Of a stretch of DNA of 64,000 nucleotides, positions 39,082 to 47,885 are shown piece by piece. Every line of letters begins with the position of its first letter. Position 1 is the stretch's first letter. The notes below the pieces were generated by a model. The model was not told where the DNA came from, searched no databases, and saw nothing but the letters and a program-made list of their open reading frames with translations. The position numbers and the translations under genes are program-made. This stretch comes from Acidobacteriota bacterium (lineage in GTDB: Bacteria > Acidobacteriota > UBA6911 > RPQK01 > JADFOI01): assembly GCA_963663035.1 (NCBI GenBank), contig OY760074.1, positions 640,001 to 704,000 on the forward strand. The letters run 5' to 3'.

Positions 39082-39824
39082 TGGTTGCTGGACAGGAGTT
39101 TCGCTCTCGGCTGATTGTTGGAACCGGTAAGTACGAGAGCTTTGAAGTGATGCGCCAGGCATTGGAGAGCAGTGGAGCAGAGGTTGTCACTGTTGCCGTG
39201 AGACGAGTGAACTTGACGGATAAGAGCAAGGAGTCTCTGCTGGACTATATCGATCGCAGCCGCTTTACCTTGTTGCCCAATACCGCTGGTTGTTATACGG
39301 CGGAGGATGCCATTCGCTGTGCTCGCCTGGGGCGGGAAGCGGGGCTCTCAAATCTCGTAAAGCTTGAGGTCATAGGAGATGAGCGCACTCTTTTTCCAGA
39401 CAACGAAGCACTACTGGAGGCCACGCGTGTTTTAGTCAAAGAGGACTTCTTCGTTTTTCCATACACCAATGATGATCCGGTGGTCTGTAAAAAGCTCGAG
39501 GAAGCGGGTGCAGCTGCGGTGATGCCCCTGGGGGCGCCCATTGGCTCAGGTTTGGGAATACAGAATCCGAACAACCTGCGAATTATTGTGGAGACCGTAT
39601 CCGTCCCTGTCATCGTGGATGCGGGTGTGGGAACAGCTTCCGATGCCACCATTACCATGGAATTAGGAGTTGACGGCGTGCTGATGAATACGGGAATTGC
39701 AGGAGCCAAGGATGCACCGAAAATGGCCAAGGCGATGAAACTTGCCGTCGAATCGGGGCGTCTTGCCTATCTGGCAGGACGAATTCCGAAAAAGCTCTAC
39801 GCCACTGCCAGCAGTCCGCTGTAG
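39066..39824 (+). CDS. thiG: Thiazole synthase
   Basis: [36 protein letters not shown] and [11 protein letters not shown]. Confidence 0.96.
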   Translation: MSDKLVVAGQEFRSRLIVGTGKYESFEVMRQALESSGAEVVTVAVRRVNLTDKSKESLLDYIDRSRFTLLPNTAGCYTAEDAIRCARLGREAGLSNLVKLEVIGDERTLFPDNEALLEATRVLVKEDFFVFPYTNDDPVVCKKLEEAGAAAVMPLGAPIGSGLGIQNPNNLRIIVETVSVPVIVDAGVGTASDATITMELGVDGVLMNTGIAGAKDAPKMAKAMKLAVESGRLAYLAGRIPKKLYATASSPL

Positions 39825-39840
39825 GGAGCCTTATCAGGGT

Positions 39841-40941
39841 GTGAAAACTGTTCGTGTTCAACTGGGGGAAAGAAGTTACGACATTCTTATTGGAGAAGGT
39901 CTCCTTGATGAGTGTCACCAAACTTTTGAGCAGCACGGAATTCAGAAGCGGATTTTTCTCATTTCCAACCCATCTGTCTTCCAACTCTTTGGAGAAAGTC
40001 TCCTTCAACGACTCTCAGAGAATGGTTATCAAGTCACCGAGATCTTGATTCCAGACGGTGAAACCCACAAGAATCTCCGCACGGTTGAAAAGATCTATGA
40101 CGAGTTGATCGCTCACAAAGCCGATCGCTCATCCACACTGGCTGCCCTGGGTGGAGGTGTGACCGGAGACATTGTTGGGTTTGTGGCAGCCACCTTCTTG
40201 AGAGGCGTCCCTTATCTTCAAATTCCCACAACCCTGCTCTCCCAGGTCGACAGCTCAGTGGGCGGCAAAACCGGTGTCAATCATCGACTGGGAAAGAACC
40301 TGATCGGGGCGTTCAATCAACCCCGCCTGGTGTGCATAGATACGAATACCCTGGCCAGCCTTCCCCCAAGAGAGTTTCAGTCGGGACTGTATGAGGTCGT
40401 GAAATATGGACTCATCTGTGATTCGAAGTTCTTTGACTTCTTCGAGCATCACCTGGAGGATATTCAGGCGAAAGCCACGGATGTTCTGGAGAAAATCATC
40501 AGCCGCTGTTGTGAGATCAAGGCTGAGATCACCTCAACTGACGAGAGAGAGGGGAACTTGCGGAGAATTCTCAACTTTGGACACACCTTTGGCCATGCCC
40601 TGGAGGCTGCCACGGGTTTTCAGGGACTGACGCACGGTGAGGCCATCGCTTGGGGAATGCTGGCAGAGACTCGTCTTTCCTTGAGAGAAGATCTCCTGGA
40701 TGAGTCCAGCAGCGAGAGGGTCATGCGCTGTATCCGCCGCATTGGAGATCTTCCACCGATTGATTTCGTTCCCACCAAGAGTATTTTGGAGGCCATGAAG
40801 CGCGACAAGAAACGCCAGGATGACCAGGTCGTCTGTGTCCTGCTGGAAGGGATTGGAAAGGCGATTGTCAGCGGGGAGCTTGCAGAGAGTGCTCTCATCC
40901 AGGCATGGGAAGAGACGAAAGGCCCTGTTCCGCGGACATGA
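39841..40941 (+). CDS. aroB: 3-dehydroquinate synthase
   Basis: ALGGGVTGDIVGF, PTTLLSQVDSSVGGKTG, KNLIGAF, LNFGHTFGHA, HGEA and DKK. GTG start at 39841. Confidence 0.95.
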   Translation: MKTVRVQLGERSYDILIGEGLLDECHQTFEQHGIQKRIFLISNPSVFQLFGESLLQRLSENGYQVTEILIPDGETHKNLRTVEKIYDELIAHKADRSSTLAALGGGVTGDIVGFVAATFLRGVPYLQIPTTLLSQVDSSVGGKTGVNHRLGKNLIGAFNQPRLVCIDTNTLASLPPREFQSGLYEVVKYGLICDSKFFDFFEHHLEDIQAKATDVLEKIISRCCEIKAEITSTDEREGNLRRILNFGHTFGHALEAATGFQGLTHGEAIAWGMLAETRLSLREDLLDESSSERVMRCIRRIGDLPPIDFVPTKSILEAMKRDKKRQDDQVVCVLLEGIGKAIVSGELAESALIQAWEETKGPVPRT

Positions 40942-41678
40942 GTGGGTGTGCGGATGGGGTGGGCAAAAAGTCACGCCAAATCAAGCGCATGTTTGCGTCG
41001 ATTGCACATCGCTATGATTTGCTGAATCGATTACTCTCCTTCTCTCTCGATCGACGCTGGCGGCGCTTGGTCGTGCAAAGGCTATCACCTTTCTTACCCA
41101 GCAAAGCGGTGGTTTTGGACTTGTGCACCGGCACTGGAGACCTGGCCATGGAGTTGTCCCTTAAGGCGCGAGTGATAGGATGCGATTTTTGTCATCCTAT
41201 GCTGACTTTGGGAATGGAGAAAGTTGAAGGCAGTGAGCTGGCCGCCCGTGTACGGTTTGTGGAAGGGGATGCTTTGCAACTACCTTTTCCGCCCCGTTCT
41301 TTTGATGCGGTCACGATTGCCTTCGGACTGAGGAATCTGGAAGATTACACCAGCGGATTGAGCGAAATGTTCCGTGTTCTTCGGCCAGGTGGAATGTTAG
41401 TGATTTTGGAACTCTCTCAGCCTCAGATTCCGGTCTTCAAGCAGTTCTACTTCTTCTATGCCACCTGGATATTGCCAAAGGTTGGACAATGGATTTCGGG
41501 CAAGGTGGGACCCTATGCCTATCTTCCCCAATCGGTCAAAGAGTTCCCTGATTCCGAGACCCTGGAGAGCTTGATTCAGCAGATTGGCTTTACTGGCGCG
41601 GGATGCAGTCTTCTCACCGGTGGGATCGTCTCCCTGCACTTGGCTCAGAAACCTGCTAGTGTCTCGTCCCATGAATAG
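40938..41678 (+). CDS. menG: Demethylmenaquinone/ubiquinone C-methyltransferase (MenG/UbiE)
   Basis: MFASIAHRYDLLN, LDLCTGTGD, DALQLPF, AFGLRN, RVLRPGG and YAYLPQSV. ATGA overlap with aroB. Confidence 0.9.
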   Translation: MSGCADGVGKKSRQIKRMFASIAHRYDLLNRLLSFSLDRRWRRLVVQRLSPFLPSKAVVLDLCTGTGDLAMELSLKARVIGCDFCHPMLTLGMEKVEGSELAARVRFVEGDALQLPFPPRSFDAVTIAFGLRNLEDYTSGLSEMFRVLRPGGMLVILELSQPQIPVFKQFYFFYATWILPKVGQWISGKVGPYAYLPQSVKEFPDSETLESLIQQIGFTGAGCSLLTGGIVSLHLAQKPASVSSHE

Positions 41679-41933
41679 CATGACGTTTGTTGAAGGGGCT
41701 TGCGAGGGGAGATCAAGGAGCGAGGAGGAGGTGATGCAGGGACATCGGCGACGACGAGCGACGCAGAGACCGCCCGCAACCCCCATCAGTCCGAAGGGTG
41801 GCGGCGGGACGGCATCAATTTCTTTGTCGCTCCTCTTCCGCGATGCACACAGACATCGCGTCGTCGTCGCTTCGCGAACTCAACGCCGTCGCGCTCGCCA
41901 CAAACGCCAAGGTATTCATGGGACGAGACACTA
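41657..41933. mobile_element. MITE family B, second copy (reverse orientation)
   Basis: Perfect 21-bp TIR TAGTGTCTCGTCCCATGAATA / TATTCATGGGACGAGACACTA; body homologous to 2641-2904. Confidence 0.8.
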
Positions 41934-41936
41934 CAA

Positions 41937-42539
41937 TTATTCCGGTGAGGTGAAGACGGAAGTGTCCTCGGGGAGTCCACCCACAAGGTCTTGAAGGGCT
42001 TCAGGGGATACGCCTTCTGCTTCTGCCTCGCTTCGAAGTGTATCTACCGCCGACCTGGAGTCCCGAACAGCTTGTGAGTTTTTCTCAATTTCCTGCTGGG
42101 TTTCCATCAACTGCTGTTGGATCCTGGCTTGAGTCACACCGTTGTCCTGACGCAGATAGGAGTTTCGCAGCTCATTCATCTTGAGCTGAAGGACGAGATC
42201 GCGATTGACAGCGTTTTTCAGGTTGATCCGAGCTTCACCAAATTTTGACTCCCAGACCACTGGGTCTGTTTCGGTGCTGGCGGGGTCTTCCTCGGCCTCG
42301 GAGTTGCCTTCGGCTCCCTCCTGGCCTTCGGCAGCTGCGGGATCTCCGCTGGTACTGACTAGGCCTCTCGCCTTTCTCAAATCGGTGTTGGTCAGGATGG
42401 GAACTGCCTCCATCTGCGCACGTCGTTCCTTCTCTCTGCGTGCCAGCTCGGCCAGAGATGGCTCCTGCGTCTCTTCGCTCCCCTGTGCCATGCTCCAGGC
42501 AGGGACAAGGAGAAGCATCAGAAGTAGTACTACCATCAT
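41937..42539 (-). CDS. Exported coiled-coil hypothetical protein
   Basis: Signal peptide, SLAELARREKERR...LTNTDL, then a coiled coil. Confidence 0.7.
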   Translation of the reverse strand: MMVVLLLMLLLVPAWSMAQGSEETQEPSLAELARREKERRAQMEAVPILTNTDLRKARGLVSTSGDPAAAEGQEGAEGNSEAEEDPASTETDPVVWESKFGEARINLKNAVNRDLVLQLKMNELRNSYLRQDNGVTQARIQQQLMETQQEIEKNSQAVRDSRSAVDTLRSEAEAEGVSPEALQDLVGGLPEDTSVFTSPE

Positions 42540-42553
42540 CCTTGAAGTATACT

Positions 42554-43771
42554 CTATTTTACGGTCTCGGGGAACAAAACTCGCCAGCCTAGCTGGGTGG
42601 GAGGCAGTAGTGACAGGGCTTTCCGGATGGCAGCTCGGTCATACCGAATGGTAGAGGAACCGGTAACATGAAGGGAAAGTTGCCCTGCTTTCAAGTTGTC
42701 GCCTGTGGAGTCGTGATTGGACATCCACACGCCTCCGATCACTTCAGCCCGGTCCCTCAGAGTCAGTCTTCCCCCTCCCAAGTGCAGTAACAGCCCTTCG
42801 ATCTGAGCTCGATCGCGAAGAATGAGATCCCTTCGGGCGATGAGGATCCCGGAAAAGGGACTATCCAAGACTCCACCATCCGGCAAAAAGGCGATCCCCT
42901 TCATCGGCCGGTCTGTAAATCTTGGCAGCTGAGTCAGGAAATGATCCCAAAATTCAGAATTGAACAGGCCGCGGTAAATCTGTTCGGTAAGGTAAAGCGG
43001 GCTGGCATCTCGAATGGAGGGAGTGCCTGCTAGACCCTGAATGGACTGCTGCTGTGACTCAGAAAGGGAGCCCATGAGGTCTTGCAAGAGAGTGGAGGGG
43101 GAGGGAGAAACGAGAGAGATGGCAAATTCCTGTCCTCCTTCAACCATGAAGCTCTCACCCTCCCACTGGAAGGCTCCCGAATCGCCGAAGAGTGTGAGAG
43201 GGCTGGGTAGAGAAAAAGCCCGTTCCTGTCGAAAGCGGGCTTCAAGCAGGGCTACGCTGTTCTTGACATTGGGGAACAAGGGATTCTGTACCTGACCCGG
43301 AACAATGCCCATGCTTCTCACCAGTACGATTTGGTCTTCATCGTGCTCAGGGTCTTCTTCAGGATTATTGGAGAATTTCAAGAAAAAGTGCCCCCTTCCT
43401 TCGGCATGATAACCCTGTGGGAGCAACTGTTGACCCTGGTAAGTGGGCAGACCATCATCATCAGGAGGTAACCAGGTGGATGGGTCAACACGGAGGGACT
43501 CGGCGAATGACATGGGACTGCGCCATTCGGGAGAGTTACCTCCAGAGTAGGTCCCATCGGTACCTGCAAAGAGAGAATCGAGCTCAAGATGGGGGAGTAA
43601 AGTCCGAGCGTACTCGATTCCATTCTCTGCCAGGACCAGGCTGTAGAGTTGGGATTCCACGTTGGCGGCCAGCCTCCATCGGGTTCTGATCCTCAGGTGC
43701 AGAAATAGTGAAAAAGTGATCATCAGCAGGACAAGCATCATGGCTGTCAGAAGATTAAAGCCGCGAGACAC
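42554..43771 (-). CDS. PilX-like minor pilin/assembly protein
   Basis: RGFNLLTAMMLVLLM N-terminus, LAENGIEYAR and IRYDRAAI; last gene of the minor-pilin cluster. Confidence 0.65.
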   Translation of the reverse strand: MSRGFNLLTAMMLVLLMITFSLFLHLRIRTRWRLAANVESQLYSLVLAENGIEYARTLLPHLELDSLFAGTDGTYSGGNSPEWRSPMSFAESLRVDPSTWLPPDDDGLPTYQGQQLLPQGYHAEGRGHFFLKFSNNPEEDPEHDEDQIVLVRSMGIVPGQVQNPLFPNVKNSVALLEARFRQERAFSLPSPLTLFGDSGAFQWEGESFMVEGGQEFAISLVSPSPSTLLQDLMGSLSESQQQSIQGLAGTPSIRDASPLYLTEQIYRGLFNSEFWDHFLTQLPRFTDRPMKGIAFLPDGGVLDSPFSGILIARRDLILRDRAQIEGLLLHLGGGRLTLRDRAEVIGGVWMSNHDSTGDNLKAGQLSLHVTGSSTIRYDRAAIRKALSLLPPTQLGWRVLFPETVK

Positions 43772-44331
43772 TAGAGATTCTCCAGGAAAAGATTGGACCG
43801 GTAGTTGCGGAGGAAAAACAGGAAGCGAGTGGACTGAAGCAGATTCTCCTGGGTGGCCAGGAGGGGGCGATCGGTTGCTGTACTGAGGAGGATGGAAATC
43901 AGCGGTAGATCTCTTGAATCGACCTGGAAGTCAGCAATGTTCTTTATCACGGGTTGAAAGGAGCCGGTGCCACTTTTTACCTGTAAATTGAACCTTGAGG
44001 ATCGAAGCACCAGTGTTTCAAAACTGCTGGAGAGTTGCGAGTCAGGGAACCCACCAGGGCCGTGGATATCACTGTTGAGCTCGATACTGTCGGCCTGAAC
44101 CGTTACACCCGACCAGGCTGAATCCCACCGATTATTCCCTGTTGGTGTGATCCAGCGGGGAAAAAGCAGTGGGGCCAGCCAAAGGTTTTCATCTCGTTCC
44201 AATAGGAGATTGAGGTTCGAAGACCAGGTTTGAAATTGTCCAAAGATCGAAAAGAAGCCCGCAAATACGATGATGGAGATGGTTGAGACAACCATCGTTT
44301 CCAGGAGGCTAAAGCCTTCATTTTTCAGCAC
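43771..44331 (-). CDS. Prepilin-type N-terminal cleavage/methylation protein (PilW-like)
   Basis: EGFSLLETMVV class III signal peptide. Confidence 0.75.
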   Translation of the reverse strand: MLKNEGFSLLETMVVSTISIIVFAGFFSIFGQFQTWSSNLNLLLERDENLWLAPLLFPRWITPTGNNRWDSAWSGVTVQADSIELNSDIHGPGGFPDSQLSSSFETLVLRSSRFNLQVKSGTGSFQPVIKNIADFQVDSRDLPLISILLSTATDRPLLATQENLLQSTRFLFFLRNYRSNLFLENL

Positions 44332-44647
44332 TCAGCACCTCCCAGCCGGATTGCTCCCCCAGCCTTGGATCGCTAAAGACAGTGCGATAGAGAGGTCGGG
44401 AGTCAGGGATGATTTGGATGGCCTCTCCTTGACTTGAAGAAGTTGCTCGAGACTGTTCGATCTGATTCCAGAGCTCTACAATCGCTTCCCAGCGGGTCTG
44501 AGCCAGAGAATATTGACGAAATGCCAGATCTAAGCCCTGCAGCAGCGCCATGGCAGCGATTGTGAGAAAGAAAAGGGACACCATGACTTCAATGAGAGTA
44601 AAGCCATTTATAGTGATGCCCGGACTGCTTAACGGTTCCTTTGCCAC
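44318..44647 (-). CDS. Prepilin-type protein (PilV-like)
   Basis: NGFTLIEVMVSL class III signal peptide. Confidence 0.75.
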   Translation of the reverse strand: MAKEPLSSPGITINGFTLIEVMVSLFFLTIAAMALLQGLDLAFRQYSLAQTRWEAIVELWNQIEQSRATSSSQGEAIQIIPDSRPLYRTVFSDPRLGEQSGWEVLSAEK

Positions 44648-45069
44648 CGCACCCTCCCGCTGAGGGAAACAATCACTCGGATCTGACCGCGGCTGTTCTC
44701 CAGTATGAATGTCCCCGCCGGAGATGCGTAGGACCGAGAGTAGAACGTGGGTGGCCTACGGGGTACTGTGGAGAACTCCACTCCAGAGGGAAGATCTTGC
44801 CAAACTTGCGGGTCGGCATCTTTCAGCGCGACACCGAATTTTCTCCGGCTGGGATGAACCCGTATCTGGATGGCGAGGTTTTTGGCGACGGCCTGAATTC
44901 GTGCTGCGGTCACAGCGGAGAGGAGAGCTTCTCCGGCCATATGAAGCTTGTGTTGCTCGGCTGTTCCTTGAAACATGAGGAGTCCCCAGGTGGAGACAGA
45001 GCCGATGAACCCACACACTAGAATCAACTCCAAAAGACTATAACCTCGAACTTTGTCCATACTCATCAC
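44629..45069 (-). CDS. FimT/GspH-like minor pilin
   Basis: RGYSLLELILV, ARIQAVAKN and C-terminal VIVSLSGRVR. Confidence 0.8.
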   Translation of the reverse strand: MMSMDKVRGYSLLELILVCGFIGSVSTWGLLMFQGTAEQHKLHMAGEALLSAVTAARIQAVAKNLAIQIRVHPSRRKFGVALKDADPQVWQDLPSGVEFSTVPRRPPTFYSRSYASPAGTFILENSRGQIRVIVSLSGRVRWQRNR

Positions 45070-45113
45070 CGCCTCTTGCTATAACGCCCGGGCAGAAAAA
45101 TCTGCGAGAAAAA

Positions 45114-45140
45114 AGGAGAGAGGAGTCAGGAGTCAGGAGT
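45114..45140. repeat. Short heptamer array (AGGAGTC-type)
   Basis: AGGAGAGAGGAGTCAGGAGTCAGGAGT. Confidence 0.55.
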
Positions 45141-45517
45141 TCAACTGATCTTTGGTCAGTTGTGAATTAGTGATTTACTTTTGGATGTGGACCTGTTAAA
45201 AAGAGTGACGGGCCTGCTGCCGGACACAGCCAACAGGCCCTGACCATCTACCACCAAACAGGGTGAAAGGTAAGTAATGGCTAAAGAAAGTGTACTAGAG
45301 CAGTCTGTCGTCAAGTGCTCACTGCCAGTCGTTTATTGGACAGACTAGGGTCTTCCCTTCTTTTCGTGGAGAGCCTGCCTCTGGAAGCGGAATGGAGGGA
45401 GAAAGCCCCAAAGCTTACCAAAGCTCTAGGATTTCTGTTGCGCCTGCCACACCTGGAGGTTTACTATCATAATAATCAGTCGGATGTTTTCCATCTAAAA
45501 GGGGGGAGGAAAAACCC

Positions 45518-46294
45518 ATGTTAGCGAAACGACTTTCTCTAATGGTGTTTGTGGTGGTCCTTGTAGGTGTCAGTGGCTGCCAACAAGGAGGACCTCCAGC
45601 TGGGTCTGCTGGGCTCCGTGTCGGTGTGCCGGAACGGGATGGGCTTCATGAGTCTATGACCATAATGGTTACCGTCAGTGGGCCTCCGGATAGCGAGGTC
45701 TCACTGACAGTCGACCCGGAAGAGTGTGGTACGGTTGGCGTTTCTTCGGTAACCATAACTGAGTTCGGTACTGTCACTACACTGTTTACGGCCGGCACGG
45801 TGGCGGCAAACTGCGAGGCTACCGTCACAGGAGTGTCCGGAAGTGAGAGTGCCAGCCGTAATATCTTGGTCCATCCTCCCAAAGCACAGGCTCAGGTCAG
45901 CCCGTGGAGCGGTGCAGACACCGCCCCGAGTGTAACGATTGCCCCCAGAGTTTCAGCTGACGAGTCAGCCCCGGGCACCAACCGGTATGAGTACTTTGTT
46001 TCCCAGGGTACCCAAACACCCATCGAGTCAATGGAGATGACCCTGGCCGCGGATAGTACAGTCGAAGTGCTTTCTGCCCTGGGAGCGGATTTTGCCTTCC
46101 TGGATCCTTTGCCCGCTGCCACCAGTTCAGACATGAAGAACTGGACCATCTCCGGGGACGCAGCCTGGAATACAATGACCCTGTCGGCGAGCTCGGAGAG
46201 TAACACCGGAGGCACCGCGACCTTTGATATCACCATTACTCATCCAGAAGGGAGCTCAACCCTGACTCTCACTCCCACCGGCCCCATGCCATAA
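45518..46294 (+). CDS. Putative lipoprotein, Thr/Ser/Val-rich beta-sandwich type
   Basis: Lipobox-like VSGC after a hydrophobic stretch; GGGAGG SD; no family recognised. Confidence 0.7.
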   Translation: MLAKRLSLMVFVVVLVGVSGCQQGGPPAGSAGLRVGVPERDGLHESMTIMVTVSGPPDSEVSLTVDPEECGTVGVSSVTITEFGTVTTLFTAGTVAANCEATVTGVSGSESASRNILVHPPKAQAQVSPWSGADTAPSVTIAPRVSADESAPGTNRYEYFVSQGTQTPIESMEMTLAADSTVEVLSALGADFAFLDPLPAATSSDMKNWTISGDAAWNTMTLSASSESNTGGTATFDITITHPEGSSTLTLTPTGPMP

Positions 46295-46376
46295 GGGTTG
46301 AACTTTTCGGACCCGGCTACTTCCTTGACCGATCCTTTCCAGGATCTTGTCATGGGGGTGGTCTGTCTGACAGACG

Positions 46377-47174
46377 GTGAGAAACATGCAGATTTCCCCA
46401 CCACACCTTGAAGAACTCCGCTACGCAAAGTATCTTTTGGAAAAACCCAGCCTGGCTGCCAGATTGACGGATAAGGTGGGAACACCGATCGAGAAGGGTT
46501 TCGCCTTACTTCCGGGAAACTGGACTGAGACCATCCGGGAGACCGTGAACAGCTCGTTGCAGAAGGCCCTTGAAGTGGCTGTGAAATCACTGGGAAAAAC
46601 CGGCGGCCCAACTCAGGAGCGCTTTCACACATTAGCTGCCATCACCGCAGGGGCGACCGGAGGTGCTTTCGGTTTGCCCGGGGTACTGATCGAACTGCCT
46701 ATTTCCACCACCATCATCTTTCGCTCCATTGCCGACATTGCCCGCAGTGAAGGCGAAGATATCAGCTCAATTGAAACAAGATTGGCTTGCCTGGAAGTGT
46801 TTGCCCTGGGAGGGAAATCGGGCTCGGATGACGCTGTTGAAACAGGTTACTTCGCGGTTCGGTCTGCTTTGGCAAAATCGGTCAGTGAAGCTGCTGGCCA
46901 TATCGCCGAGAAAGGGCTGGTTGAAAAAGGAGCACCTGCCTTAGTTCGATTGATCTCGGCAGTCACTTCCCGATTTGGCATTGCCGTCTCCGAAAAGGTC
47001 GCCGCCATGGCTGTTCCAGCCATTGGAGCGGTGGGTGGGGCCCTCATCAATTCAGTTTTCATCAATCATTTTCAAAACATGGCCCGGGGACACTTCATCG
47101 TTCGACGCCTGGAAGGGGAATACGACAAGGAGTCAGTCCAGGAAGCATATGAAGCGCTGACCACTGACAACTGA
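46377..47174 (+). CDS. EcsC family protein
   Basis: GATGGAFGL...ELPISTTIIFRSIADIARSEGED...CLEVFALGG...FQNMARGHFIVRRLE. Confidence 0.8.
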   Translation: MRNMQISPPHLEELRYAKYLLEKPSLAARLTDKVGTPIEKGFALLPGNWTETIRETVNSSLQKALEVAVKSLGKTGGPTQERFHTLAAITAGATGGAFGLPGVLIELPISTTIIFRSIADIARSEGEDISSIETRLACLEVFALGGKSGSDDAVETGYFAVRSALAKSVSEAAGHIAEKGLVEKGAPALVRLISAVTSRFGIAVSEKVAAMAVPAIGAVGGALINSVFINHFQNMARGHFIVRRLEGEYDKESVQEAYEALTTDN

Positions 47175-47258
47175 CCACTGACAACTGACCACTGACAACT
47201 GACAACTGACAATAGAACAGCTGACCTCCTGACTCCTGCCTCCTGACTCCTGCCTCCT
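47157..47258. repeat. Two adjoining heptamer arrays: CTGAC(C/A)A x~8, then CTCCTG(A/C) x~5
   Basis: Read directly; the first array overlaps the EcsC stop codon. Confidence 0.85.
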
Positions 47259-47342
47259 AATTATTCTTCTAATAAAACACGGAGCTGCATCGTTATTTAT
47301 TATGGTAAGAGCAGTGAATCTGAAGCAGAGGCCGGGACTCAC

Positions 47343-47885
47343 ATGAACTCATCAAGTCAAGGCGAATGGATTCGATCGGTGCTGGTTCAATACGAAGCCT
47401 CTCTGACTCGCTATGCTGCACACATTACGGGCGACATCGAAAGGGCCCGCGATGTGGTCCAGGACACTTTTCTGCGACTCTGCTCGCAAAAGCGTTCCTG
47501 GGTTGGCGATCACATAGCTCAGTGGCTGTTTACCGTCTGTCGCAACCGGGCCCTGGACGTGCGGAGAAAGGAAAACCGTATGAGTTCCACATTTGAAGTC
47601 GAGCTGGAGGCTCAACCAGCTCCACAACCGGAGTTCTCCACGGTTCTGGAGCAGAAAGAACAGCTGAGTCGGGTCCTTCGCGTCGTAGCCACCCTGCCTC
47701 CCAACCAGCAGGAAGTGATCCGTCTGAAATTTCAAAACGGTTTAAGCTATCGGGAAATCAGTGAAGTAACCAACCTTTCGGTCAGCAACGTGGGCTTCTT
47801 GATCCATTCTGGCTTGAAGACCGTTCGCCAAAAGATCAACGCCTGGTCGCAGGAGAGTCCCACACCCATGAGGAGGATCAAATGA
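47343..47885 (+). CDS. ECF RNA polymerase sigma factor
   Basis: ARDVVQDTFLRL, WLFTVCRNRALD and LPPNQQEVIRLKFQNGLSYREISEV. Confidence 0.92.
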   Translation: MNSSSQGEWIRSVLVQYEASLTRYAAHITGDIERARDVVQDTFLRLCSQKRSWVGDHIAQWLFTVCRNRALDVRRKENRMSSTFEVELEAQPAPQPEFSTVLEQKEQLSRVLRVVATLPPNQQEVIRLKFQNGLSYREISEVTNLSVSNVGFLIHSGLKTVRQKINAWSQESPTPMRRIK

